Shown: piece by piece, positions 1-13,200 of the stretch
Numbering within the stretch: the stretch's first letter is position 1
Layout of the letters: each line of letters opens with the position of its first letter
Assembly (NCBI RefSeq): GCF_000315625.1
Contig: NW_005434656.1
Location: 820,645-884,644, forward strand
Length of the DNA: 64,000 nucleotides
Reading direction: 5' to 3'
DNA from: Guillardia theta CCMP2712
Taxonomy: Eukaryota; Protista; Cryptophyta
The notes under the pieces: generated by a model
The model's database searches: none
Seen by the model: the letters and a program-made list of their open reading frames with translations, nothing else
What the model was told of the DNA's origin: nothing
Position numbers and translations under genes: made by a program

Positions 1-1580
1 ATCGCTCGAGGATCCCAGGATGGCACCCCTGACATCTTCATGACCATTAGGGCAGTCTCTATGATGACAAGAAGGAACACTCTCACAAGGAGGGAAGAGC
101 GAGAAAATTTCCTCTGCAGAGTTTGTTCGGTCGATGCCTACCAAGTCTTTGCCCTGTAGCAGCTACAAGGGATAAGGTAGAATCGCAGAGATGATCTCGC
201 TCTTACATCCCCAAGTTGACGAGACATGTTGCCAGTGATGGTTGATGGCGGTTGACAGTCTGCCGCAATCACGCTAAAAACAGTTGAAATTACAATAAGA
301 ACACTTGTATGGTGAGATGGTATCGGCCATCCAACAACATCACGCGTAGATGAGATGAAAACATGGCAGTTACTGAAAAGTGTGGTTGAAAGACGAAAGC
401 AAAACTGTGGTTAAGGGCATGTATACAGTCATACGACATCACAACAACACAACCGGAGAAACTTTGTTGTGTTTGCATTGTGTTCAGATGGGACAAAGTT
501 ATTCAAAGCTTATCAACAGTACATGACAGTAGGCAATCAAAGGAATTCAATGATAGATTGTGAATTGTAACAGCAGAGAGTCTCGTACCCTTGTTCTGAC
601 CAGACGACAACATGCGAGGCAAAGCTCACAGCCTGTTTGAAGGCAACAAGCTGCCATGTCAGCCTCTCACGTTCTTCGTCTTCGAGTTGCTCGGATGTGA
701 AAGTTTGACGGGATCGGACAACTGCAATCCAACCTCACCAGTTAAAACAGAGGAAGAGAAGAGGAGAGGGGATGGAGATGGAGGAGAAGAAAAGAGAGAG
801 TATCGAAGACGGAGGAAGATATAGGAGAGCAGGGGAGGAGAGAGCAAGGAAGGGAGAAGGGCGAAGGGCGAGAAGGGGAAAGGGGATGGGAAACGAAGGA
901 AGAGAGGGAGGTACCTGTCCTTGACGACTCATCGTCGCTGTCACCCCCCTCCTGCAGCGTCTTGCGCAGGGTGAGCAAGGGACAATGGTGGGGTCATTAC
1001 CTTGTCAAGCAGAGATTGGATGAGGATGAAGAGTGCGGTGAACACGACGACGGCCTCGGAGGTTTGCTGCCATGCCCTTGTCACTTTGACAGCCGACAGC
1101 ATGTCCGCCATGTCGAACCTGGTTGATGGTAGGCTGATACCCTGGTAGGAGCACTCGGTTGCTGCCAGCAGAGTAAGAGGAGGAGGAGGAGGAGGAGGAG
1201 GGAGGGGAGGGGGAGGGGGGGAGGGGAAGGAGAGACTTCCAAGGCGTCTCACATGGCAAGCAAGGAGAACGCCAGCACGCTCACTGCCAGCTTCAGCTTA
1301 TACCCCTCGAGCCCTGGCACATAGAACCCCCCTCCCTGCAGGCTCTGTCATCCAGGGAGGACCCCTTCTCCCTGCTCACCTTCTCAAGTGCCTTCGATGG
1401 TCGCACGTAGAATCCCTTCCTCCCTCCCATGCGCGTCGCCTCCTCCTCTGCCGAGCCCTTCATCTTCAGGCAGAGCGCCGATGGCGCGGTCGGGTGATAT
1501 CGGGCGGCGGGGAAGGCGATGTTGGAGGAGGACAGGAGGCAAGGAGGAGGATGGAAGGCAGCGACCATGGTGGTTCTAGC
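1..1580 (-). CDS. CCB2-like (cofactor assembly of complex C, CCB2/CCB4 family) plastid-targeted protein; multi-exon, runs off the window start
   Basis: Manual splicing gives ...MVAAF(leader)...RPSKALEK|GGGFYVPGLEGYKLKLAVSVLAFSLLAI|NRVLLPGYQPTINQ|QTSEAVVVFTALFILIQSLLDK...|VVRSRQTFTSEQLEDEERERLTWQLVAFKQAVSFASHVVVW. This resembles the CCB2 pattern (IPG.., LLxxNH/R, QxRSE, ExLAW). The true start exon is not resolved. Confidence 0.6.
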
Positions 1581-2582
1581 CTACAGGAACAGTCAGAAAG
1601 AAACGAAGGGGGGAGGGATGGAGGGGAGTCAAGGGAAGGGCAGATTCTGCTTCCTCTGTCTTAGCTGCTGTACTCCTCGTCCCTCGTTTTCTCTCTTCGA
1701 TCCCTCGCTCCTGTCGCTCCTGTCGCTCCTGTCGCTCCTGTCGCTCCTCCCGCCTCTCCCTCCCTCCCTTCCCTTCCAGTGGCCCGGACATTTCTCTCTA
1801 CTAGGGTTTCACGATCAAGTTTTACTCAATTAATCTACAGGCCTGGAGCCCAGGAGGGAGAAGATCGGACTCCGGGACTACTAGCAGCACCGTGACAGTA
1901 TGCTTGTGATGCCGCAGTGCCGCCCGCGGCCCGGCCCGGGCCGGGCCGCTATCCGGCCACCGGGTCCGGGAGAACCAATCGGATCCGACTGAGAGCATTC
2001 AGACTTGTTGAGTGCTGGGATGATTTGGACGTTTGTCTGAACGCTGGGCACTGAGGGGGCCGAGCCTCGCCGGACCGTACGGTAGGGCGGGGCTGGCTTT
2101 GCCAACGGTGGAGCCTTACCGTGAGTATGATCATCGGATACCAATATAAGATTAAGTATAATGAACTCAGGAAGCCACGTCAGAAGTCACATATTCTTGC
2201 TTCACGATCGGGGTAGTAGGGGGGGGACATTGGCAAGTTGTGGGGAGCAGGTGAGAGCTGGAAAATTTGCACTGATCGGACAGTGAAAGACTCAGGGGGG
2301 TGATGGCTTTGTTTGTTGTGAACTCTATAAAGTGGGATAAGGAGGGAGCAATGAGAGAGGGAGAGGAAGGACATGGTGAAGCGGAAAGAGTTGTGGTGAG
2401 GAAGAGAGGGAGGGAGGGAGGGAGGGAGGGACTCGTGAGGGAGGGAGATGGGGGAGGGAGGTAGCGATAAGAAGGGAGGAGGCAGGCAAGCCTCCGGAGT
2501 GGTTAAGGGGAGCAAGGCAGATAAGGGGTTGGGAGGCAGGCATGCGAGGAGTTTTGATCATACATTTCTATTGAAAACATGT

Positions 2583-3700
2583 TCAGAGGACAGCAGCGGC
2601 GTTGGCGCGATGGAGGGCCCAGCCCACTGGCACTTCCCGCGTCCTGCGGTCGTTGAAGCACCAGCGCAGCAGGTTCTTCCCTCTTCCATCCAGCATGCCA
2701 GACAGGAAGAAGCAGTCTCCCGTCGACAGCAGCAGGTCCACCGTCCCGTTCACCTGGAGCAGCTCGCTGACGCTCCCCGACTTGAGGGAGTATACGACGC
2801 TCCTCTCCTCTACCACCACCACCGACGCCACCAGAAGTACGTTCCCCTGCACAGCAAGGGAGAACACGGAACCCTCCATCCCTGCCACGACTCTCCATCC
2901 TCCCCCGTCCCACCTTGCCAGCTTCGCCCGGGTCCCAACGTCCAGCAGCAGGTCTCCTCCCACATACAAGGAGCCGTCCGCTATCGCCAGCCCGCTCAGC
3001 ATCCCCTCCATCCTCCACCTGCTTCCCACCTCTCCCGCCAGCACCGACCAGCTGCTCTGATCCCACATGGCCACCCGCGCTGACTTGGCGCCTCCTGCCC
3101 CTCCGTCCACCAGCATGTTGCCGGCAACGAAGAGCTGCTGACCCCGCGCCGCTGCCAGCATGACGGAGCCGGAGACTGCTCCTCCTCCCACCGCCCTCCA
3201 CATGCTCCCATCCCACACAGCCACAGGGCCTGTCTTGGTGAGCGACCCGAGGCCGTTCCTAGCAGCGACGAAGGAGCCACCAGCCACCAGCTGCTCCTGG
3301 TAGCCGACAAGCACGTCCACCACCCCGTTCAAGCCGTAGGCGAGCGAGCGCGTGCTGGTGCCGTCCCAGGAGGCGACGTTGGCAACAAGCTCGCCGTTGA
3401 TGGCATCGAAGGAGCCGCCGAGGTAGAGGAGGCCGTGGAGGTAGACAATGGCGCGAACAGCCTGAAAGAGCGATGAGAGGTGCAAGAGAAGCGGGAGGGG
3501 GAGGAGACAGAGGAGAAGGAGGGGAAGGGAGGGAAGGAAAATGAGCGGAGAGGAGGAAGAGTAGAGCATGGGATTCAGCGGTACCTTGGAGATGTTCAGG
3601 TCGACGAGACTGCCGGTGCCTTCGCTGTAAAGCTCCGAACGGAACTGAGCGAGGAAACCCGCGTTGCCGTGCTGCCCGGCGAGGAAGAAGACGGAGAAGT
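2583..3700 (-). other. C-terminal beta-propeller (LYVGGxF / xWDGxxW repeats)
   Basis: LYLGGSF..VASWDG, LVAGGSF..AVWDGSMW, LFVAGN..AMWDQSSW, LYVGGD..ARWDGGGW. Confidence 0.7.
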
Positions 3701-6700
3701 CAAATGCATGCTGCTTGCTGCACCCGCGCGAGAGCTGCCCATCGCTGATGTTAACCAGCACGTCTGCCGACTCCTCCCCCGGAGGAGCAAGGCAAGTGAT
3801 CATGGTGTCCGACCTCACCTGCACCTCCGCGCAGGCTCCTCCTCCCACCGTCACTGACACGTTGCCATAGGAGGGAGCAGCGTAGCCCCTGCTGTACAGG
3901 GAGCCGAAGTACTCGCCGAGGACGGTGATGGTGTAGTTGCCCAGGGGCTGCCGAAGTTGGGGGAGACGGAGGAGATGCGGGGGAGGGGATAGACTTTGAG
4001 AGATGTCAGTATGATGCTCGACACGTTCTCCCCCCCGTTCTCCCTCCCCCCGTCATCCACGAGCACCATCGTCAGGGTCGCGGCCCCGTGCGCCGACGGC
4101 GCCAGCTCAAACTCGAGGGTGCCGGTGGAGGAGACGGTAGGAGGAGAGAGGAAGAAGCTCTCCGGTTGGACCGAGAGGAGGACAAAGGAGACTCGCTGGA
4201 TCGCGTCCTCGTACCTCGACCCTGCCGTCACGTCGAAGGCGAAATTGGGCACGGGCCCCGAGCTGCCTTGCAGAACTCCGTAGAAAGGCTGGAGGCTGAA
4301 GGAGGGAGGGCGGTTGACCGGGAGGATGTTGATGGAGAAGGCAGACGACTGCGAGCGGGTCCGTCCGCCCATGGAGATCGAGATGTTGACAAGGAACGAC
4401 AGGTTGGCGAATGTGCTGGGCTGCAGCTGGTAGCAGAGGGTCCCGTTGTCCAGCAGCTGGAGCGAGGAGAAGTAGTCTGCGGTAGCGAACATTCCCTCCT
4501 CGAGCAGGTGGTACTGGACGACCGTGGATCGCTCGTCGAGAGGAAGAGGGCTGTGCTCGACGAAGTCGGGGATGCAGGTTTGCGTGCTGGTCTTGACCTC
4601 CGTAATAGTGAGGAGGGGAGTCTTGAAGGAGAATGTCAGCGTCTCCGGCACCGCCGCTATGGTCAGGGTGAGGTTGACGTCGGTATTGTTGTATCCTCCC
4701 ATGCTCTCCCCGCCGTTGTCACTCAGTCGCACGGTGAGGAGGAAGACGCCATTCACGTTGCTGCTGGGGAGGAGCTGGAGGTCGACGCACGACCCGTTGA
4801 CTGTGACAAACAGGTGCTGGAACGCGACGCTGGGGGCCCAGGAGGAGCTCAAGGAGGAGATTGAGAGGATGGAGGCGCTCAGTGACTGGCCCTTCTCCTC
4901 CGCAGGGCCCGGAGCGAGGCCCTGGATGAAGCAGGGGGCTACGAGAGTCCCGGCGTCCTCCGTCCAGCTCAAGTCCTGCTGGACGAAGCTGAAGGTCGGA
5001 GGGAAGTTGATCCGCTCGGCGAAGACGCGCAAGGTGACGTTGCGAGAGGAAGCGAACTTGACACGACCGCTGAGGGGCGTCTGGGCGAGTCGGAGGAGGA
5101 TGTCGGCGGCTCCATGGCGGTACTTGGTGACGTTGATGGAGATGTAGGCCGACAAGCTCGAGCCGCTCATAGCGAAGAAGATGCGAGGAGGCTCAGCGAA
5201 AAAGGAGCCATCGGCTACCTGAATCGTCCAGACCAGCCCACTGCAGTTGCTCAAGGGTCTCATCGCTCCTGCCAAAGCTTGCACACAGCCCTGCTCCGCC
5301 CCTCCCGCGGAGATATCGGAGGCGAACATGAGGGTATGGAGCTGGTAGGGGTCAGCTGGGAAGGAAAGGTTGAAGAGGGTGAAAGTGATGACGTTGTTGC
5401 GGTAGGAGAAGGTGAAGTGCTTCTCCAGCTCGCTCTCTAGCTCAGTCCCAGCTGCCGATTGCCTCGTCTTGATCAGCTGGAGGTTGACGTTGACAAGCTG
5501 CGAAAGGTTGGAGATGTTGACCCTGAGGTCACCCGCCGCATCGATCTGCTCAGGGCAGAAGGGTCAAAAGAATACCAGGAGCGGAAGCAGAAGCATCGGA
5601 GCAGAGCAGGCGCATGAGGAGGAAGAAAAACACGAGGAGCAAGGACGAGCAGGAGGACGAGCAGGAGGAGGAAGTCAAAAGTCACCTGGAAGAGCCCGGA
5701 GACATCCTGACCATCTGAGGAAGCGGAGATGCGGTAGGAGAGCGTCTTGCAGGAGGAGAGATTTGCGGCGAGCGAGCTGAGCGTGCTCTCCTCCGCGATC
5801 GGAGACCGAGAGGGAGGAGAGCTCCCACAGAGCATCTCCGACTCTGGGACAGTCGAGTCAACCAGGAGGCGATCGGGAGAGGCAGCGAGCAAGCGGCTGC
5901 TGCCAGCAAGGCCGAGAAGGTTCTCATGGACGAGAGGAGGAGGGGAAGAGGAGGACTCTGCGATCATGGCGGTCCTCGCAATGCACACGTTCTCGTCCCC
6001 TGTGAAGTTAAAGACAACCACCTCCCTCCTCTCCGTGCTCAGCAACGCGACCGCCGTCTTGCTCACTGACACCATGCTGGTGATGCCCTGTAGCCCCTTG
6101 ACGATGTTGAAGCTCCAGTCAAGCGCGACCAGCCCGTCCTCCAAGGAGGAGAGGAGCAGCCAGCCCTTCCTGTCCATCGGCAGGAAGTCGAAGCTGAGCG
6201 CCCGGTCCATGTCGAGTTTGAGGGGCCGTGCAGTGAAGTCCTCGGCATGGTTGAAGAAGAAGCCACGGGCGTCGTAGTTATCTTCCTCCGAGACGATTGA
6301 GAAGTTCCCGAACACCTTGTCTTGGTGGTTGAACTGCAGGATGAGGACGAAACCTCTTCCTCCTCCGCACGATCCTGACCATGGGAGAGGCGAGAACGAA
6401 GAGAAGGCGACGGCGAGGTAGCTCTCGTAGTCAGCATTAAACTGGGAGATCGAGACAGCTCGGCGTTGTGCTGAGAAGATGCTAAGGAGCTGAAATTCCA
6501 GGAAGCTCCCTGCCTGCTCGTTCCACTTGTAGAGCACCGAATTGTCGATGCAGGAGCACGCCGGGCCCTCACAATCCGCCGACTTGGCCACTGAGAGGAA
6601 GTCGCCCTCGTTGGGGATGACGAAGACGTCCATGTCGAAGACGTTGGGAGCGGAGAGACACTGAACGAGCTGCAGGCTTCTGTCGTCCAGCATCATCTCG

Positions 6701-7194
6701 TACACGGCGACTGATCCCGGTGAAGTCTGGTTCGCCGTCGGGCAGTCGACGCTGGAGTAGAAGTTGGCGACGATCAGGTACAGCCTGTTACTGCTCAGTG
6801 ACTTCCACCACCTGCTCCTCAGAGCTCCGTTGGTCTGCAGCCTTGCAGACTCGAGGAATCGCTCGACCCTCGGGTCCCAGCTCAACACTCGGGAGGAGAC
6901 AACGGTCGACTCGCCATCCCAGAAGTTGGCGACTGCGAGGAGGAGGTTCGAGACCCCTTGGTCGTCCACGGAGATCAGGTCAAAGTCGTTGGAGTAGACG
7001 GTGTTCCTCCTGACGTCGAGGCTGACCACGTCGTTGACGAAGGGGGAGTGATGGAAGGCGAACGACTGGTTCTGAGCGTCCCACTTGTACACGTTGACGT
7101 AGTCGTGGCCGTTGTTGACGCCGTCAAGGGTGTTGGACACGATGAGGAGGAGGATCTCGCTGTAACAGACACGATCGTTAGAACCAGAAGATGT

Positions 7195-7236
<42 letters not shown>

Positions 7237-10200
7237 TCCATCATCACCACCGCCACCACACCGCCACAACAACAACCTCGACAGGACGAGAGAAGGACAA
7301 GAACAACAGACTCATTCAATCTCAGCACCTGTCAACTTGGTCCTTCATCAAGGCAAACTTGACACATGCCGCTGACGTGTCATACTTTGTGATCTGAATT
7401 AACGAGAAATTCCGATTGTTCTGATCCACCCGAAAGATTTTCACGAAACCCGTGGCAGCCGGGTCGACGCCACTCCCAGCAACTGCCACAAAAGTCCCGC
7501 TGGAGCAGCGAATATGAGCGCTGCTCCTCGCCGATAAGACGCGCTCCTCCGGCGGACTTTCGCCATCCATCCTGAAGATGGATGGGAGAGGGGAGCCGGG
7601 AGGAGGAGGAACAACGTAGTTGTTGGTCTGGATAAGCGACAGGAGTCCGTTCAAGGCTGTGAAACTTCCCAAGTCCCTCTCACCCTCCCGCATGCTGCAG
7701 ATGAAGCTTACACCAGCATCCCCGTACTTGAAGACGGCCAGCGACTGGTCGAACCATCCAGAGACGAAGACCAGGTTCCCCCCGCTCGCCATGGCCATCG
7801 CTCGCGCCCCCTTGAGCCCTGTGATTGTCCTGTCCTGCGACCACATGCCGTCCTGCAGCAGCTGCGCGAGCTCGATGTGGCCTGAGCTCTCGTTCCTGTC
7901 GAAGACGACAATCGCGTTGTCCACCCCGCTCGCAGCGATCAGCCGACGGCCATCGGGAGTGACGAGCACGTCGGAGACTCCTCGGAGCGGCGACCCGTCG
8001 CTTCCTTCACCGTGGACGTTGAGCACGGAAGGTTTGTTCACCGCCAGCTCCCTCGTCCACCCTGTGTTGAAGCTCGAGCTGGGCATGTAGATCAGCTCTC
8101 CGCTACCCTGGACGACCCGGAAGCAGGAGATTGAGCGGGACAGGCTGCTGGCAACATAGAGGAAGTGACTGTCGGGGCTGAACGCCAAGTGGAGGGGAGC
8201 CCGTAACCCGTGGACTAGTTCGCGGATGCCAACGAGCCAGGTGGACTTGATGACCTCTTGTGCTGGGGAGAGGTACCCTCCCAGGACTAGCAGGGGGGAC
8301 TTGACGTCTGGAGGAGACAAGAAGACGGAGGAGAGGGAGTTGCCCTGCAGCCTCTGCCCGTTCCCTGACGTCCGAGCTGGTCCAGCTGCGCTTGACGGGC
8401 CCACGAACCTGCCGTCGAAGAGACTGTAGAGGACGGAGCTGTCGGCCGCCTGGGAGACAACAAGGAAGGGCCTCTGGAAGGAGAAGTAACGTATCTTCGC
8501 AGCTCCCGATGTGCGGAGCTCCTGCACGAGGCTGAAGTCAAGGGCAGGACTCTGGTCAGAGCTCGAGAAGACGAGGGAGGGACTGGTAGCGTCATCACAA
8601 GCGAACGCCAGATAATGTTTGCCGTCGAAGTTGAAGTACTCCACGTCCGCCGCCCTCGTTGTCGCTACCTCGGCTCTGGTGGTCACAACCACCTTGCCCC
8701 CACTGCCCAGCCTCACGCCGTAGATGGCAGACGCTTGCGAGAAGGAGGAGAAGACAATGAAGGGAGTCCCTTGGTGGGTGAAGCTGGTCACGTCTGACGC
8801 CTGCTGGACGTCAAACTCCTGCATGCTCAAGCTCTCGAGCCGCTCAGACGTCAAGTTGTAGGCCATCGAGAAAGACGCTGCCAGCATCTGCGCCACAACA
8901 ATGAAGGTATCCGGAAGACCTTGGGAAGAGCTGGGGAAGCTGAGGAATGCGGCAGTCCGTGCTCCGTTGGTGTGGAAGGCGTCGAGCAAGCTGAGCTCTG
9001 CCGAGGAAGTATTGAGCTTCATCAGAACCGACATCGTACGGTACGTCAGCCCGTCGTCCTGGTTGGCGACCAGAAGGTGAGTCGAACCTTCCATCTGAAG
9101 GTAAGAAATGCTCCTTGCTCCCTTGACTGGATGCTGGATCGAGTGGGGCATCGAGGATGCGAGCTCGGGAAGGAAGAGATGCTCAGCAACGTGAGAGAGG
9201 TTGTTGAGGGACAGGAAGAAGTCGAAGCCGTCCTGGCTCTCGTTGTACATGAGGACCTTGGAGGTTGCGATGAGCCGTACGAAGGTCAACACGCCGGAGA
9301 GGCGGGCAGGCTTCAGGGCACAGGAGGGGGAAGACAGCCAGGACTGTTGGATGGCAGCAAACTCTGTCCGCTGCCATAGCGACCTCGACCTTGTCCCCGA
9401 TCGCTTCTTGACTGAGAAGATAGCCGCCCTTGCCGACCTGTTCCATGGCCCGAATGCACAGTTCAGCACGTCGGCATAACCGGTGTTGCACGTGCAGTTA
9501 CAGCCCAGGACAGCCTCAGCTGTCTGGACCTGCCCGTCAAGTGTGGTGAGGCTGCAGAGATGCCGCTCACCTGCACTGAACCTCCCGCGAACTGTCAGCT
9601 GGTCCTCTGCTGACCGTTCGTCAGGCAGGAAATACGAGGGGGAAGGCATGCCGGCCGCGTCCTCCACCCACACCCAGAACTCAGAGAGGTCGAGTGGGGA
9701 GGACTTGAGGGAGTCCTGTCTGATGGCGAACGTCTCCTGGACTTGCTGGAGGGACAGGGACTTGTCGAACATGAACACCTCCTTCATCGCTCCCACCAGC
9801 GGGCTGGACTGTCCGTTGAGCGGCGAGTGCGTCCCGATGGTAAGAGGAACCGCGGGGCAAGTAGCGCTGGTCGAGGGGGAGTAGAAGATGGGGCCACAGG
9901 AGGCGGAACGACAGGCCCCCATGGATCGAAGAAGCCTCCCGTCCAGGGAGAGGGACAGCGAGACTCCGTCATACGACCCTGAGAGGAAGTACCACTCTCC
10001 CAGCTGCAGCCCGGGCTCGATCATGTGTGACAGCACTACCATCCTCGGCCCGTACCCGCTCTCGTACACCGTGAGGTAGAAGTAGAGAGTGGTCGTCCTT
10101 GCCGCCTTGTCCATGCTGTAGGCGAGTAGCCAGCCTGACCTGTTACACTCCGTGCTGATCTCAGCGGCTCCTGCCAGGCCTCCAAACCCTACGTCATCGC

Positions 10201-13200
10201 TGGTGAATGCCACCCACATCGCCACAGTGATCTCGTTACTTGGAACTCGACCGTCCTTGACCTGCTGAACAGTCAGAAATCGCAGGAGCAGAGTGATGGA
10301 CAAGGACAGAGGAAGCGAGTGGAGGGGAGGGAAAATATGCGCCAAGGCAGTGCTACAGGGGATGAGGAGAGGAGCAAGAAGGGGAGAAGGGGATAATCAA
10401 GTTCACCGTCTGGGAAACGTCCTTGGTGACGACGAGCCCATCGTTGTAAACGCCATCAAACTGCAGCGCTTCTTGTCTCCCGTCGTTCATCATCAGAGCA
10501 CCGACCGGCAGCGGCTGCTCGAAGGAAGTCGGAGAGGAAGCAACATTACACTTCCTCGCCGTCAGGTAGGCAGGGCCCGACACTCCGCTGAGGTCTTGGA
10601 ACTTGGTGGGTGACAGGAGCTGAGTGCTGGACTCTGCAGTCGTACACTTGGACATGTCCGGATCAGTTGCAGAGGTCCCCTCGGCATGCTGAGAAGAGAA
10701 AACCCAGTGGCCTATCGAAGAACTCAGTCTGGCTGGAGCGACACGAGTAGGAATTTACCTGACAGGTTGCTGTACGTCGGGGCTGCGCACTGGACGGACG
10801 CGTCAACTTGGTGGAGGGCATCAAGGTACTGGCAGGCGGAGCTGCTTAAACTGATGGACGACTGGCAGCCGTTGGCGGAGAGGAGGAGGGTATCGCCAGA
10901 GCTTGTCGTGAGGGCCTCGAGGCCACAGTTCATCGTTACGTCCAGCTGGGATGGAGCTGCAAGGAGGGTGAGCGAGGGAGAGGGCAGGAGCTGAGAAGAG
11001 CCATTACCTCTGTTAGTCTCTTCTGGAGTTCCGCTGGAATGGAACCACAGGCGGTCCTCTGCGTCGACCTTGCGGTCTACGAATGAGAGCGACGAGTCTG
11101 GAAACACCTTTAGCTAATGCAATAAATCATCGTGCACAAGGCTCACCTGAGTTCACTCGCAGCACGGCGATGCTGTCTGTGCTCTCAGCGGCGTAGAGGA
11201 AGGGCCCGGTAGGATGCTGGTAGACGTCCCTGACGTAGTTGAGCTCCAGGTCGCTGAACCGCCGGTCCGAAAAGACGCTCACGTGCTGCAAGTTGTTCAA
11301 GTTGGCGGCCAAAGTGAAGTCGCTGCGGGTTTGAGGAGAAAAGCCTTCAACGGTGGTCTTGTTCCTGGCGAACTGCTTGACAAGCAGCACTTGCTCCTGC
11401 CCCTGCGTCGTGACCTCAACAGTGCTCGGGCTGTTGCTGTTCGCCTCGAGGCAGAAGTAGCCGTCAAGGTTGCTGGAGCACTGGAGGTCGGCGGTCTGCA
11501 CTGAAGGCTTTACAACCTCCATGCCAACGTCGATGAAGAAAGTTCCTGTCGCGTTCTTGCGCTGCGATATCAACCCTCCCCCGTCATCCGTGAGCATGAC
11601 GTACATCCATACCCGACCACTCGAGCCGGGGGTGAGCAGCAGGTGAATGGACCCGTCTGCCGTCATCCTGGGGAAGGAGGAGAAGAGCGAGGCGTCTGAC
11701 ACGTCCACCACCACGAACGACAGGGACTGCATCTGGCAGTCATGTGCCGTGTATGTACACCTCTCGTTCGCCGGGCCCGCCGACACGTCCCGCGCGACCT
11801 GTAGGCTGTGCCGAGTCGCCTGCCAGGCGCTGGAGAGGATGGAGGCCGAGTCGACGAGGCGGAAGCTAGGGGGATCGTTGACAGGGAGCACGTGCAGGAT
11901 AAGCACTTTGGCTTCAGAGGTGTCAAGACCTCCGCGCAGTGTTCCTCCGTCGTCTCTCAACCTGACGGTGACGTTGAGGTCGCCAAACATGTGCTGTTCG
12001 AGAGTGAAGTGAAGGACTCCGACCGGCGACATGGTCAGCGTCGTCCCAGGGACAAACAAGAAGTCTGAGTCATACTGCAGGAGGAACGTAAGCTTCTGAT
12101 CGAACTCTGTCGTGTCCGACATGCCATCTCTCGAGATGTTGGATGCAACCGACAGGTTCACGTATCCGCTGCCCTCGAGGCAAGAGACTTGGCTCAGCAG
12201 AGAGAAGGCAGGCGCATGGTTGATCCCGAGGATGGTGATGGAGATCTGCCGTCGTTCCGAGGCCAGCTGGGTCCCATCGAGTGCGTTTTGGTCCTTAAGA
12301 AAAACGTCAAATGCGATGCCCTGGCTGTCAGTGTAGAGGTCCTTGCTGAACGAAAACGTCAGCACGCCAGTCTGCGAGAGGGCAGGGGGCTGGCTGAACA
12401 AGACTCTAGTGGTCCCGATGTGTGCAGACGAGTTGGAGATGTCGGGCAGTGCCGGTTGACTCTCGATCGGGAAGAAAGGTGTCTGCATGGGAGCCAGAGA
12501 GAGCTCAAAGAATCCCTGTTGCTCCTCGCAGAAGGCTCCTGGCGCGCAGCCTGGGCCTTCAAATGGGCCATAGGAGATGTCAGTTGCGAAGGCTTGAAAC
12601 TCGCAAGCGATAGCGTCGAGGGTTTCGTGGCAGGAGCAGGTCAAGTTGTCATTGAGAGGGAAGGAGCACGTGGTAGTAGACTCCCACATTGTGATGTGAG
12701 GGGTGAGGAGAGCGAAGGACGGGGGGTTATTGACCGGCAAGACCTTCAGCCGGGCCTCTTGCCAGTAGTTGTTCATCCCGGGCCCGTCATCGGTGAGAGA
12801 GACGTTGAGCGTGAAGTCGCCGAAACGATTCTCGAACATGAAGAAGGAGAGGTAGGAGGTTCCGCGGTTGCAGTCCGAGGGGTCTTCGACTGGGAGGAAC
12901 TCCAGTGAGCCGATGCTCTCAACCATCCCATAGGTGCAGACGCTGGAGGAAGAGAAGGAGATCAGCTGCTCGCATTCGTCCTTCCCTCCCTTGGTGTAGT
13001 GCACGAAGTCTTCCAGCTGGACCCACTTGCTCGACGACGTCTCGTTCAAGACGATGAGGCAAGAGGACAAGTTGAAGACTGGCGGCAGGTTGATCGCCTC
13101 GACCTGAACTTGCAAGCGGTGTACCAACGATTCATTCCTCCCTCCGTTCTGCACTCCGCCGTCGTCGACAAGCTGGACGTCATAGCAGGACAGTCCATTG

